From the NCBI GenBank assembly GCA_965644265.1, contig OZ286465.1, positions 7,130,001 through 7,194,000 on the forward strand: a stretch of DNA of 64,000 nucleotides, in the 5' to 3' direction. Shown here one piece after another: positions 47,262 through 58,960 of this stretch. The notes beneath the pieces were generated by a model. It was not told the DNA's origin, did not search any database, and saw only the letters and a program-made list of their open reading frames with translations. A program made the translations under genes and the position numbers. This DNA is from Glycera tridactyla (Eukaryota). Every line of letters starts with the position of its first letter. The stretch's first letter is position 1.

Positions 47262-47738
47262 CTAACCGCCACAACCGCCACAACCACCACAACCGCCGCA
47301 CGCCCCACAGGCACCACATCCTCCACAACCGCCACAGCCGCCACAACCTCCGCAGCCGCCACAACCGCCAGCATCACCAACGCATGACGAACACGAGCCA
47401 AACTGCTGCTTGATGTAGGTGTTACATGGAGTCTCACTCAGGTACCCAGCTGCTAGAATCAACATGAGATTCTCGCCCTCGATACGCTTCACTGGTTTCT
47501 GGTTTGTCAACTGTTTCGACTTGGGTTGCAGTACACGCGGCTGACACAGCACTTGAAGAATGGCAATGCTGAATGCCAAGCACAGATTCTGGACGACATC
47601 GTCAGAGTCTGCTGATATGGACAGATTACCCGTTTTGAGGTCCACATTGATGTTTTCAATCTGGAAGTTGAATTGATTTTGCCAATTCGGAACTTGAATA
47701 TTTTTCCACTGCTCTGTGCGTAGATTGAAAAATCGCAC
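47262..47738 (-). CDS. Host gene last coding exon: glycine-rich domain-containing (GRDP-like) protein with a (GGC)n Gly/Cys tail
   Basis: Acceptor TTTCAG at 47739-47741, phase 0; VRFFNLR...LCLAFSIAILQVLCQPR...GGCGGCGGCGGCGGCGACGACGGCGGCGGCGG*. Confidence 0.8.
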   Translation of the reverse strand: MRFFNLRTEQWKNIQVPNWQNQFNFQIENINVDLKTGNLSISADSDDVVQNLCLAFSIAILQVLCQPRVLQPKSKQLTNQKPVKRIEGENLMLILAAGYLSETPCNTYIKQQFGSCSSCVGDAGGCGGCGGCGGCGGCGGCGACGACGGCGGCGGCGG

Positions 47739-48454
47739 CTGAAATCAGATGAAAGTGAACCAACTTTAGTAATACACGTAAAAACCAATGAATTCAAACC
47801 ATAGCAAATTGGTGGATTCAACATCAGAAGAACTACTCAAAATAATACCACTGTCACACCTCAAGCTGGATATTCTGAATCAAGAAAATGGACAATATAG
47901 AAATGCATGTATAATAATATTCACATGCATATAATATTTCCTGGCTCTGGAGGCTCATGACGCCCAACATTCTCATCACAGTTTCAGGTCACTGGATGTT
48001 TGGCTGTCACACGAAAACCGAATCAACATATCAACGACGGTAACAATCATCTTTCCTCCATCCTTATAATTGCCCTTGGTAACATTTATTTCACATAGTA
48101 GATTAATATAGCTCCATACATTATATTGTGCTATTTCTTGGCTCAGGACATTCACGACCGCTGTCAGGGTGCGACTGCAGAAACGTCCAGTGCCAATAGT
48201 GTCGTCCACCATGTGGGCATCATGAGCATCCAGAGCCTGGATATAGCAGTCTGACATAGCTCAGAAACCATCTACATCCCACATCAAAATGGTGAATGCC
48301 TCAGCAGGAGGTGTGATGTTGAGCAGTTTCCTCAGAACTGTTTCTTCCTAGAGGTATGTGGGAGCGATTGTGGACCATGAAAAGCAGACTAGGATGGCTT
48401 TAGGCTCAGTCATTCTCAATATCTGCAGGGAAGAAGTATAGCACTGGTTCCTAC

Positions 48455-48528
48455 CTTCAGATATCCTGGATTACCTGGTACACCGGGAACTCCTTTCTGG
48501 GGTTTACCATCAGCCCCATATGTGCCTC
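48455..48528 (-). CDS. Host gene internal exon (74 bp, phase 1 to 0)
   Basis: TTGCAG|GA GGC ACA...CTG AAG|GTAG; GTYGADGKPQKGVPGVPGNPGYLK joins both neighbours in frame. Confidence 0.8.
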
Positions 48529-49244
48529 CTGCAAGATGAGAATATCTAACTTAGTGGTAGAATGATGATACCTTCATTGGAATTTGCGACAGTAGCATAC
48601 ATCATGGTTGTGGAGTCAAACCTGCTTGAGAGACCAAACTAAGTGCATTTCATTTCAAACTTCATTTGCAAACCTAAAATGGAGCTAGATATTCCCAGTG
48701 AGTAGAGTTTTGCAGGAGAATGTGTGCCCTGTGGGCTGCATAAATTCCTTATGTTCAACTATTGTGCCGCCAATGATCCCACATACACTACTTGAGCTTT
48801 GTCACAGATATGACTAAGAATGTCCCTGCTGCTGCTTCGATACTAAGAATTACGCAGAAATTCACAACAATCTTGTGGATTTCATCACTCAACCAGAACC
48901 TCTTCGAAGGACTTCTCATCTAATTTCATGAAATCAAATTACTGACACCTTAGCTAAACATCTGCCAAATTAACTTTGACTAGAAAATATGCCAAGTTCA
49001 AGGGCTCACAACCCTGGAATGTTGTGTCTTGCACATCTACGCTTCAGGGTGATGACATATTTCAAGTTTCAATCCAACAGCTCAAGAAATGTGGAAGCAG
49101 TTCATTCTGCAATCTCTTTGTGGACCGACCAATCAACGAACCAGCAGAGTGACTCCAATATACCCCCTTCAAATTTCGCTTGTATGGCGGTATAAGCATC
49201 AGTCCTCAGGGTTTTTGCTCTACCCGTTCTAATTTCTGACCCAC

Positions 49245-49383
49245 CTGGCACTCCAGCTTTGCCTTTCTTGAGTCCTTCCCAGTTACCGAAGCAGATACCC
49301 CAATCTCCGTAGTAATCCTTGATCAACATCGCTCGCTCTGCTTGCTTCAGTCTCAAGCCCAGACTCTCGTTACTCCCAGACAA
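49245..49383 (-). CDS. Host gene internal exon (139 bp, phase 0 to 1)
   Basis: TTTTAG|TTG...CCA G|GTGGG; LSGSNESLGLRLKQAERAMLIKDYYGDWGICFGNWEGLKKGKAGVP. Confidence 0.8.
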
Positions 49384-49444
49384 CTAAAACAAATAAAACA
49401 TACATTTACTTTGTTACAAATACAGAATCAGACCAAGTGCTTGA

Positions 49445-49600
49445 TGAGTGGTCTTATGGGGCCCTACCCACAGAAGGAAGAGTCGAGGACGACCAACCAA
49501 AACCGTGGTAGACACCCTGAAGGAGGACGCTGGTGTGGCAAGCACGAAAGAGCTGAGAACCTTATGCCCGCTCTTGTGCCCGATGAAAGTCGATATAGGG
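49445..49600 (+). mobile_element. RTE-clade LINE 3' coding fragment (intronic)
   Basis: LWGPTHRRKSRGRPTKTVVDTLKEDAGVASTKELRT resembles the RTE ORF C-terminal GRP motif region. Confidence 0.65.
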
Positions 49601-50959
49601 AGAGAACAAGTCTACAAGTCTCCACCTTGTTTGAATGACCGCTTTTTGCTGGCACAATGTTCTGTAAGTATAATTTACCTCTATTGGGTGACCGCTTGGC
49701 TTGAATGATCTCCTCGAATGGATTCAATAGATTAATACTTGGGTCGTATTCTCTCTGGCCGATATACCTAAGTCATGTAAGTTCTTCAATTGAATGTAAG
49801 ATCATGTAGTTCATTTTGCAATGACATCTTGCCCCAGAGGCGATGAGACTCAACTTGCTGTGTCAACAAATTAACTGAGCTCAAAACCATCCACACGTAA
49901 ATATCAATAAAAAAATTGTGTTGAAGCTGCTTATTCTTGCTGGACCAATGTCTGGGTATATGAAATCCTAATGGGAGCAAAACCTGGGACATGTTTAGCC
50001 TGAGAGAAATTCATCAAATCATGTGATTTCAAGTAATAAGTTCATGGTACTCACAGCAACCTAACATATTGGGATCACGGGATTTGTCTAGCTAAAAATA
50101 TACATTGAAATCTACTTGATAAGCTGATATGGATCAGTGGTACAGAAAACAAATTTTATGTATTGGATCAATCTCTACAAGATTCGTCCCCGTACAAATG
50201 AACACATTCACCAGCCATTTGCGGGTAGAGCGCAATGTGTTCTTCAAAACCTGAAATAGAGTAAGTCAGAGTCTTCAAATTCAGCCACTCTCTCAAATCC
50301 AAAGGAGAGTGAATTTGGTCCCAGGGGAGTGAAAAGACTAAACTCACTCACTCTCCAGATGGGAGTTTTCAGTTGATCAGAAACTGATGATTTTATTGTG
50401 AAGACACCACACCCCAGTTTGACTCCACCAACAAATAAACCCTATTTCCTACTAGATGACTTTGCATATACCTGCACATGTTTGATTCTGAAGAACAAAC
50501 CAAAAAAAAATGTGTCGATGGTACTTGGGTAGTCACTCACATGATGAATAGATTGGAATTCTCGTCTTGATTAGGCGTTTACTCACACAAATGTCTTACT
50601 CTTGAGATTGATTTCCTTTTCGTACCTCTTGAAAAAATTTGGGAGAGTCAATATATTACACGAGAGTGATTCTTCCATTCTGCACTCATAATGGGGGAGT
50701 GGCTGAAAAAGTGTTTTGTGAATTCATGATTTTTACGATTTACAAAAGTGATGCGGGGATGCAGAGGTGGAAGTGGATGCAGCTTAGAGAGGGTTACCGC
50801 AGAACATGGCAAAGCAATCTAATATCACCCATAAGCCACAAGACATGCACCCTATCATTACCATTACACTTCATCATCACCGCGCTATACACGCAGCGCG
50901 GAAAAATACGTGTTGCTAGAGAGTAGTATGGAACAACATGATCTGGCATTCTCATTATA

Positions 50960-51118
50960 CAGTCAAACCACCCTATAAAGACCGCCTTCGGTCACATAAA
51001 AAAGTGGCCTTTACAGGGAGGTGGTCTTTATAGAGGGCATTTACTGTTGAAAATACTACCATGGTCGCTGCTCAGGGTGGCCTATTTAGAGAGGTGGTCT
51101 TCAGAGGAGGTTTGACTG
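50960..51118. mobile_element. pogo/Tc1-like MITE, TA TSD
   Basis: TA|CAGTCAAACCACCC ... GGAGGTTTGACTG|TA. Confidence 0.85.
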
Positions 51119-51639
51119 TAACATGTATGATGCTGGACATGCTGTCATGAGGACCCCCCCAACCCCCAGGATTTTTTTCTGAATAATTTTCATAAATCAT
51201 ATTTTTACTAACAGGGTTCTACAATAAGGACAGCCCTACTAGCACAGGCAGGTAGATTCATTGCAAGGGCAGGTGATTTCAGTTTACATGCACAATGAGC
51301 AGGTACCTGAGAATTTTATGCAGGAGGGGAGGTGAAAATGACAGGGAGGCAGGTGATAATATTCGCCTCAAGGCCCCAAGGACAACAGCCCTGGTACACA
51401 TTAACTAGGACTGTAGGCCTGAAATGGTAAGCGGCAAGTAGATGAACATATGGGTGGGTTTAGCTGGATGGGTGGGTGAGTGTGAGTGTAGATGGGTGCA
51501 TGGGATGGTGGGTATGTGGGTCTCTCTCTCCCTCCCCCTCTCCTCCCTTTCTCTCTCTCTTTCTCTCACCCTGTCCCCTCTCCTCCCTCCTCCCCTTTTC
51601 TCTATCTTTATTGCTCTTCTCCCTCCATCCCTCCCCCTC

Positions 51640-51677
<38 letters not shown>

Positions 51678-51898
51678 CTTTCTCCCCCCCCCCCCCCCTC
51701 TTCCTTTACACCCCCCCTTCTATCTGTCAAGAGAGAGTCTAGGTAGTGAGGTAGGTTGGCCAGTTTGAGGACGGCAATACATGCACGTGTGGTAACTCAA
51801 CAAGGTTGTCACCTCAGGGACAGTACTGACTGAAATGAACAACTTGATCTTGCTAACCTACACTCAGATGCATGTCTGCCTATTCAAGGCACTATATA

Positions 51899-52655
51899 CA
51901 GTCGAACCTCCCTATAACGACCACCCTCGGTCGCACGCCAGAGTGGTCGTTATAGGGAGGTGGCCGTTATGGGGAGGCTCTGATGAAAAATGCATTCACA
52001 AACGTATGTGGCCAATAAGCGACAGCTGACATGTATGACACCTCCACCATTCCGTCTCCATGCAAAGACGAACCCGGTTTTGAAGTTATCAATAAATATA
52101 GCCAAATAGATGTGTGGCAGTTGTATCCACTGATAATACAACCACAATTGATGAAATATCGACATGATCGCCAAAAACGTGATAAAATCGTTCATCAGGC
52201 ACAAAGAGCGAGACCATGGCGGCCATCACTGTGTTTGCTCGGAAGGTCGCCGGGGACGGAGACCGGCTGCTGCTAGTGCTTGGCGGGGGGAGTGAGTTCA
52301 TCTGAGAGGCGAGTGAGCGGAATCTGAGCAGATTTCACAGTGTCGAATTTGGCCGGGCGGTCGCTGGAGGAGGGAGACCGGCCGCTGCTAGCTTGTAGGC
52401 GGGGTAGTGAGTTCATCTGAGGGGGCGAGTGAGCGGAATTTGAGCAGATTTCACGGTCTCGAGTTTGGCCGGCCGACCGTGAGTGGTCGCTATAGGGAGG
52501 TCCGCGAACCATACATGGCGGTCGCTGGTCGGAGGTTGGAGGTGGTCGCTGTATGGAAGACAATTATAGTGAAAAATACATCGGTCGCGGTCAAAGGTGG
52601 TCGTTATAAGGAGGTGGTCACTCTCTGGAGGTGGTCATTAGAGGACGTTCGACTG
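51899..52655. mobile_element. 757-bp pogo/Tc1-like non-autonomous element, TA TSD
   Basis: TA|CAGTCGAACCTCC ... GGACGTTCGACTG|TA; subterminal GGTGGTC repeats; CpG-rich internal duplicated segment at 52270-52470. Confidence 0.85.
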
Positions 52656-54117
52656 TAGGTCATAAACAATGTCAAAGAATGCCAATGACCGCCTCTAAAT
52701 CCTGAGTTATAATCCCAAATTTCTCCTTTATTTTTATTCCAAATGAAAATGCGATGCTAGCTACGATTTTTATGAGCAGTGAACAATCAACATGAATGCC
52801 ATCTCATGATTTGTTAGCCTGCCTGAGCTGTATAGATGAAGAGTGTCAGGTGGTCGAGAGTTTCAGGCACTCTCACTCTTCCATATCAGGTTATGGATGC
52901 CCATGAATCTCAACAATTTCCACTCCTTTGTTTCTATCTCATAGCAAACTGAGGAAATAACAACCAATTTTTTCACTGAAATCAAGCTATATATTTTTCA
53001 TACATGTAGACGCATACCCAACATGGTGTTCAAAATGCTCACATTTCCCTCAACTTGACAGGACTCCTTCAATGCCAGAAAAAAACATATGGTTGTTTGG
53101 TAATCACAGCCACCACTATGCTCTGAATATGGAAGCCAAGCCCACCATAAAAATGATGATATTTTTCTTAGCTCTCATTTCGCATATCTGATTCAAGACT
53201 TCAACTGTCAGCAGGATTTCCACTCAGGGCAAGATTATTCATTCTTTTTNNNNNNNNNNNNNNNNNNNNNNNNNNNNNNNNNNNNNNNNNNNNNNNNNNN
53301 NNNNNNNNNNNNNNNNNNNNNNNNNNNNNNNNNNNNNNNNNNNNNNNNNNNNNNNNNNNNNNNNNNNNNNNNNNNNNNNNNNNNNNNNNNNNNNNNNNNN
53401 NNNNNNNNNNNNNNNNNNNNNNNNNNNNNNGGGTGGATGAGCCTTTGTAAGCAGGTGACCTTTGCAGATGGATGGATGGACAGACGGACTGATGGACAAA
53501 TAGATGGATGGATGGATGTATGGATGGATGGATGGATGGATGGATAGGATGGATGGATGGATCGGATGGATAGATACATGGACTGACAGACAGGCAGCCA
53601 GGGAAACAGATAGGATTGTGATTCTTTTACAAACACATGGAACCATGTTCCAGCGAGAGCCCGAATTGAGGACCAAATTTCATCAACTGCGAGGCGCTTA
53701 CCAGTCGTGGTTCAACTGTAAAAACTGATATATGAGGCATGTGGCTGTGATGTGTTCGAGCATTTTCATGGCCGCTCCCCTCTCACCAGAACGCTGACTC
53801 AGGGCTTTATCTTCCCGCTATATGGCATCTTGTGAAATCTCACTCTCTCTTTTGTCATCATGACCAGCAGTTGAAAGGTGCATGACACACGCACATGCAA
53901 TAAAGTGAAACATGCAACGAGAGACCACCATAAATGTCACCAAACAGTGGTCACTCAAGAGAGGTGGTCTCTTGTCAGAAGTGTATTTGACATAGTCAAA
54001 TAAGATAGCTGTACTGGAAAAGTGGTCTCCCTTCCGAGGTGGTCTCTCATCAGGGGATCTCTCCTGGAGGTTTCACTGTACCGATTACCTCCGTGGGGAA
54101 GGTGTCCTATTTGACAG

Positions 54118-54588
54118 TATCATCCGATGCTGAGTCTAGGGTGTTGGGAAGCTGGTGCTTCCAACCCGCCTCGGCCACCTGCTGTACGTCGTGGGGGATT
54201 CGCGCTACGCGAATCCGCCCTCCTGATTGGCCGCTTCAATCACGTGATACCTATGCACAACGCTGATTGGTCGTATAACAATCAAGTTCAAAGGTCAACT
54301 GGTAGCTTCGTAGCGTTCAAAGTGACGTTCCAACAATAAACACGTCACCGGTTTCGCCACTTTTGGCTGGATTTTCAAGCTTTAAGATGTCAATTTCTTT
54401 GGTTTTTGAAGTTTAATTGGATGATAAATTCAGAATGCGTCTCGTGACGGGTACGGAAGGAGTGTAGATGCCTCGTATCGATCCCCGGGGACGCGCTCGT
54501 GGCCTCCGGCCACTGGCGCGTCCCCGGTGATCGCTACTCTGCGTGTATGCTCCTCCCGTACCCGGCACTCGGCGCATTCTTTATAATA
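54118..54588 (-). mobile_element. Second hairpin-ended non-autonomous element
   Basis: Palindrome of ~165 bp at 54423-54588 with apex GTGGCC-TCC-GGCCAC (GGA loop on the minus strand). TATCATCC (54118-54125) is the inverse of GGATGATA (54419-54426). Internal CTGATTGG and CACGTG motifs. Confidence 0.72.
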
Positions 54589-55668
54589 GTCAAATACTAT
54601 CTCTGACAACAGACCACCTCTTTTGAGAGACCACTTTTTGGTGACATATAAGGGGGTGTCTCTTCACCGTTTTCACTTTGAAAATGGTCAGATCACCCAT
54701 ATTCAAAGAATGGTTAGAATAAATCAGGACACCACATGACTTCCAAATTTAGTTGAACGCATCTATAAATGCCATCTGTGGTTGCCCCAATAAGTGGCCT
54801 TCATAGGTAGGTGGCCCTTATGAAGGGGACATTTTCTGTTGAAAATACTTTCAAAGTCGCAGCTCAGTTGGGCCTTTATAGGCAGGTGGTCTTTATAGAG
54901 AGATGGTCTCAAGCAGGTTTATCTGTACAGTGAAGACGTAACCCTTCCATGAGAAACCACCTGTGATGAGAGACCACCTGTGATGAGAAACCACCTGTGA
55001 TGAGAGACCACCTGTGATGAGAGACTGCATTCAAAGGGCAGTTTCATGATTTAAATAGTCAAATACACCTCCAAAAAGAGACCACTTTTTGATGATATTA
55101 AGGGTGGTCTCTTGTCACACCCCTCATTGCATCTACGATGACTGTGACCGAAGCTGAACTGTAAAAGGGAACCATTTCTTTGAAGACAAAGTCAGGAAAT
55201 AGATTTGATCGCTTGCATTTTTTATTTACTTAGAACTATAACATGAGTTAAATAGACCATCCTAAAGATTGTCAAATCCAAATGTGATGGGTATGTTAAT
55301 GTTACCATTTCTCAAACGGTCCAAGTTTTAATGGCACATGTTGTTCGTATAAAGGTTCCAGCGATCATCGGACCAAGTTTCAGGTACACTGTACTGTGAA
55401 ACCAAATGTCACCAAAAAGCAGTCTCTCAAGACATGTGGTCTCTTGTCTGAACTATGTTTGACTATGTCAAATTAGAAAGCTGCCCTGAAAAGCGGTCTC
55501 CCATCGGACGTGGTCTCTCGTCGCAGGTTTCACTGTGCTCACATTTCATCGCATTCATTTGGCTCCACACCCACCCTCACACTGGCACAATCACCCAGCT
55601 GGAATGGAGCTATATCGAGCACACAGCTCAATGCGGCAAACTGAAGCCATATCTTAGGCAGAACTCAC

Positions 55669-55819
55669 CTGTGCTGAGGTTGGGAGCTGCTCGGTGCCGA
55701 TGAGGTGCGACACCGCCGTGAGTTTATCGGCGAAGAAAACCTGCATGGCCGACATCATCAACGGGATCGAATGAATCACTCGACACGTGAACTTCAACTG
55801 CTGAGCGTGGTTGAACAAC
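55669..55819 (-). CDS. Host gene internal exon (151 bp, phase 2 to 0)
   Basis: TTTTGTTTCAG|G TTG...GCA CAG|GTGAGT; LFNHAQQLKFTCRVIHSIPLMMSAMQVFFADKLTAVSHLIGTEQLPTSAQ, in frame with the 49383 exon. Confidence 0.8.
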
Positions 55820-55884
55820 CTGAAACAAAACAGATCGATATTATCAGTATATTTCATCATGTCATTCAGGAGAAGCACTGTAAT

Positions 55885-56470
55885 AAAGCGAGCAGATGTG
55901 TCATTCACACGAGTGCTAGAATCAGGAGCGGCATCACAAGGGAATGAGCATATCTTTCATCCACACCAGTGCTAGAATCAGGAGAGCCTTCACAAGGACA
56001 TGAGCAGATCTTTCATTCACACCAGTGCTAGAATTGGGAGAGGCATCACAAGGGAATGAGCGAATCTTTCATTCACACGAGTGGTAAAATCAGGAGAGGC
56101 ATCACAAGGGAATGAGCAGATTTTCCATTCACACCAGAGCTAGAATTGGGAGCGGCATCACAAGGGAATGAGCAGATCTTTCATTCACACCAGTGCTAGA
56201 ATTGGGAGAGGCATCACAAGGGAATGAGCAGATCTCCCATTCACACCAGTGCTAGAATCAGGAGAGGCATCACAAGGGAATGAGCAGATCTTCCATTCAC
56301 ACCAGAGCTAGAATTGGGAGAGGCATCACAAGGGAATGAGCAGATCTTTCATTCACACCAGTGCTAGAATCAGGAAAGTCATCACAAGGAAAAGAGCAGA
56401 CCTTCCAGTCACATCAGTGCTAGAATTGGGAGAGGCATCACAAGGGAATGAGCAGATCTCTCATTCCCAC
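55885..56470 (+). repeat. 56-bp minisatellite, ~10 copies (intronic)
   Basis: AGATCTTTCATTCACACCAGTGCTAGAATCAGGAGAGGCATCACAAGGGAATGAGC; TGAG at 56001 and 56057. Confidence 0.95.
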
Positions 56471-56761
56471 GAACATCTTCGACTGGTCGAAACAAGCACC
56501 TCTTCCAAACCCTCAAGGGCATCATCAATGGTTCATTTCTGAAAAGTTAGATCCAATTCCTTGCGTGCGTGTGTGTGTATGTGCGTATTATCCAAAATTT
56601 CTAACAACTATGTTCCAAAGTCAATACACCTCGACATAAATGAGTGGTTTTTGCAAGAGTTTATCCGCCGCTGAATGAGAGAAAAATGTTGAAAATTATC
56701 ATGACAGGTCACGCTGCTATTTTCCATCTGGACTCACAAACCTTCTTCAACACATTCTCGA

Positions 56762-56834
<73 letters not shown>

Positions 56835-57988
56835 AAACCACACCTGCATGCCACANNNNNNNNNNNNNNNNNNNNNNNNNNNNNNNNNNNNNNNNNNNNN
56901 NNNNNNNNNNNNNNNNNNNNNNNNNNNNNNNNNNNNNNNNNNNNNNNNNNNNNNNNNNNNNNNNNNNNNNNNNNNNNNNNNNNNNNNNNNNNNNGATCTG
57001 ATGCTTTTTATCAAACACACTAATTCCATTAGCTTATCTAATTTAAAGATCACTAAGAACTGTATCCCACATCAAAGACATTCTTAGGACTNNNNNNNNN
57101 NNNNNNNNNNNNNNNNNNNNNNNNNNNNNNNNNNNNNNNNNNNNNNNNNNNNNNNNNNNNNNNNNNNNNNNNNNNNNNNNNNNNNNNNNNNNNNNNNNNN
57201 NNNNNNNNNNNNNNNNNNNNNNNNNNNNNNNNNCTTCCTTACTCTCTCACCCCTCCCATCTCTCCCTCCCTTCCTTACCTCCCTCTCCCCTGTCTCCCTA
57301 TCTCCCCTCCTGTGTCTCTCCCTCCCTCCACACTCTCTCGCCCCCCCTCCGATCTGCCCTTCCCTTCCTCACCCCCCTCTCCCCCAGCCCCCTCTGCCCC
57401 TCTCTCTCTATCTTCCTCCCTCCGATACTCTCTCTTGCTCTCCCTCTCTTCTTCACCTCTCTCCCCCTCCCTTCCTCTTTCTCTCTTCCTGCGTTCCTTA
57501 CCTTCCTCCTCCTCTATCTCCCTCTCTCTTCTCCTGCGTTTCTCCCTCCCTTTCTCACCTCCCTCTCCCCTGTTTCTCCTCATGTGTCTTTCCCTCCCTC
57601 TCACTCTCTCGCTCCCCCCTCCCATCTCCCCTTACCACCCTNNNNNNNNNNNNNNNNNNNNNNNNNNNNNNNNNNNNNNNNNNNNNNNNNNNNNNNNNNN
57701 NNNNNNNNNNNNNNNNNNNNNNNNNNNNNNNNNNNNNNNNNNNNNNNNNNNNNNNNNNNNNNNNNNNNNNNNNNNNNNGCAATCTACCACAATGAAACCT
57801 GCAATGAAAGACCCCCTGACAAGAGACCACCTCTGATAGGGGACAGAAATTTGTAGATATGTCACCACACTTCTGGATAAAACATGAACAACTTGGTTAA
57901 AAGTGGGATGACTGCTCCTGACAAATTTAATACAAGAATAACTGTTCTAGTATCAACGCAGGGTACCAAGTCACCTTGACACCGAGTC

Positions 57989-58960
57989 CAGTGTTCACGA
58001 AAAACCGTCGGTCTGTCGGACATGACCGACGTAAAATTCTAATGTCCGACGAGAATCGCTATAAGCGCCGGTCACCGGGACCGGCGTCAACGAATCGTGG
58101 CTTATCCATCATTATTTATAGAGGAATTTGAGTGAAAACGATCGTATCTTTGACAAATATTACACGCCGGCGCCATTTTGGTCTTCTTGTCTCGTCAGAT
58201 CTCGCAACGCCACGGGATTTGGAGAAATTCAAACTTTTTCACTATTATTTTCAAATATAACATTAATCGAGTCATCTTCGGCACGAAATTGACTTGTAAA
58301 CGGTCATATCTGGCATAAAGATGCGTTTCTAGCTAGAAAAGACGTATAATTTGGTGAAAATTCATATTTTAATGAAGTCTCGCGAGAGTTCACGACGCCG
58401 CGAGATTTGGAGAATTCAAACGTTTTCAGTTTTATTTTCATTTCTAACATTAATCGAGTTGTCTTTGCCACCGAAATCACTCGCAAATGATCATATCTGT
58501 CATAAAGATGCGTTTTTACCTAGAAAAGACGTATAATTCGGTGATAATTCATATTTTAATGAAGTCTCGCGAGAGTTCCCGTCGCCGCGAGACTTGACGT
58601 GCGGAATGCCGAAAACGAAAGTTTGATGTGATTTTCCGGCGATCTTCCGTGTTTTCCGACGCAGGAGTATGAAATATTGCCTTATTACACATGATATAAT
58701 AAATTGCACAAATCATATGATAACAGGTAAGTTTAGTTTATTCTGGGGTAGGATAGGTTGCTAAAATAGTGTAGAATAGTCAGACATGAAGCATTTTCAT
58801 GTCTGACACCGGTGTCAGACATGGAGCAAAAAATGTCAGACATGGGAGCCTTCCCATGTCTGACACCGGTGTCAGACATAGACCAAAAATGTCAGACATG
58901 GGAGCCTTTCCATGTCTGACACAATGTCAGATGTCGCCAAAATTTTTTCTGTGAACACTG
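57989..58960. mobile_element. hAT-like non-autonomous element (972 bp) with apparent 6-bp TSD
   Basis: TIR CAGTGTTCAC / GTGAACACTG; CGAGTC on both sides; subterminal GTCAGACATG/GTCGGACATG repeats; internal ~190-bp duplication at 58190-58620. Confidence 0.8.

Noticed and set aside
56841-56994. Upstream GRDP-like exon ending ...GCA TGC AG|GTGTGG next to the gap
   Set aside because: The phase would fit, but the donor is weak and most of the putative exon is N; cannot be supported.
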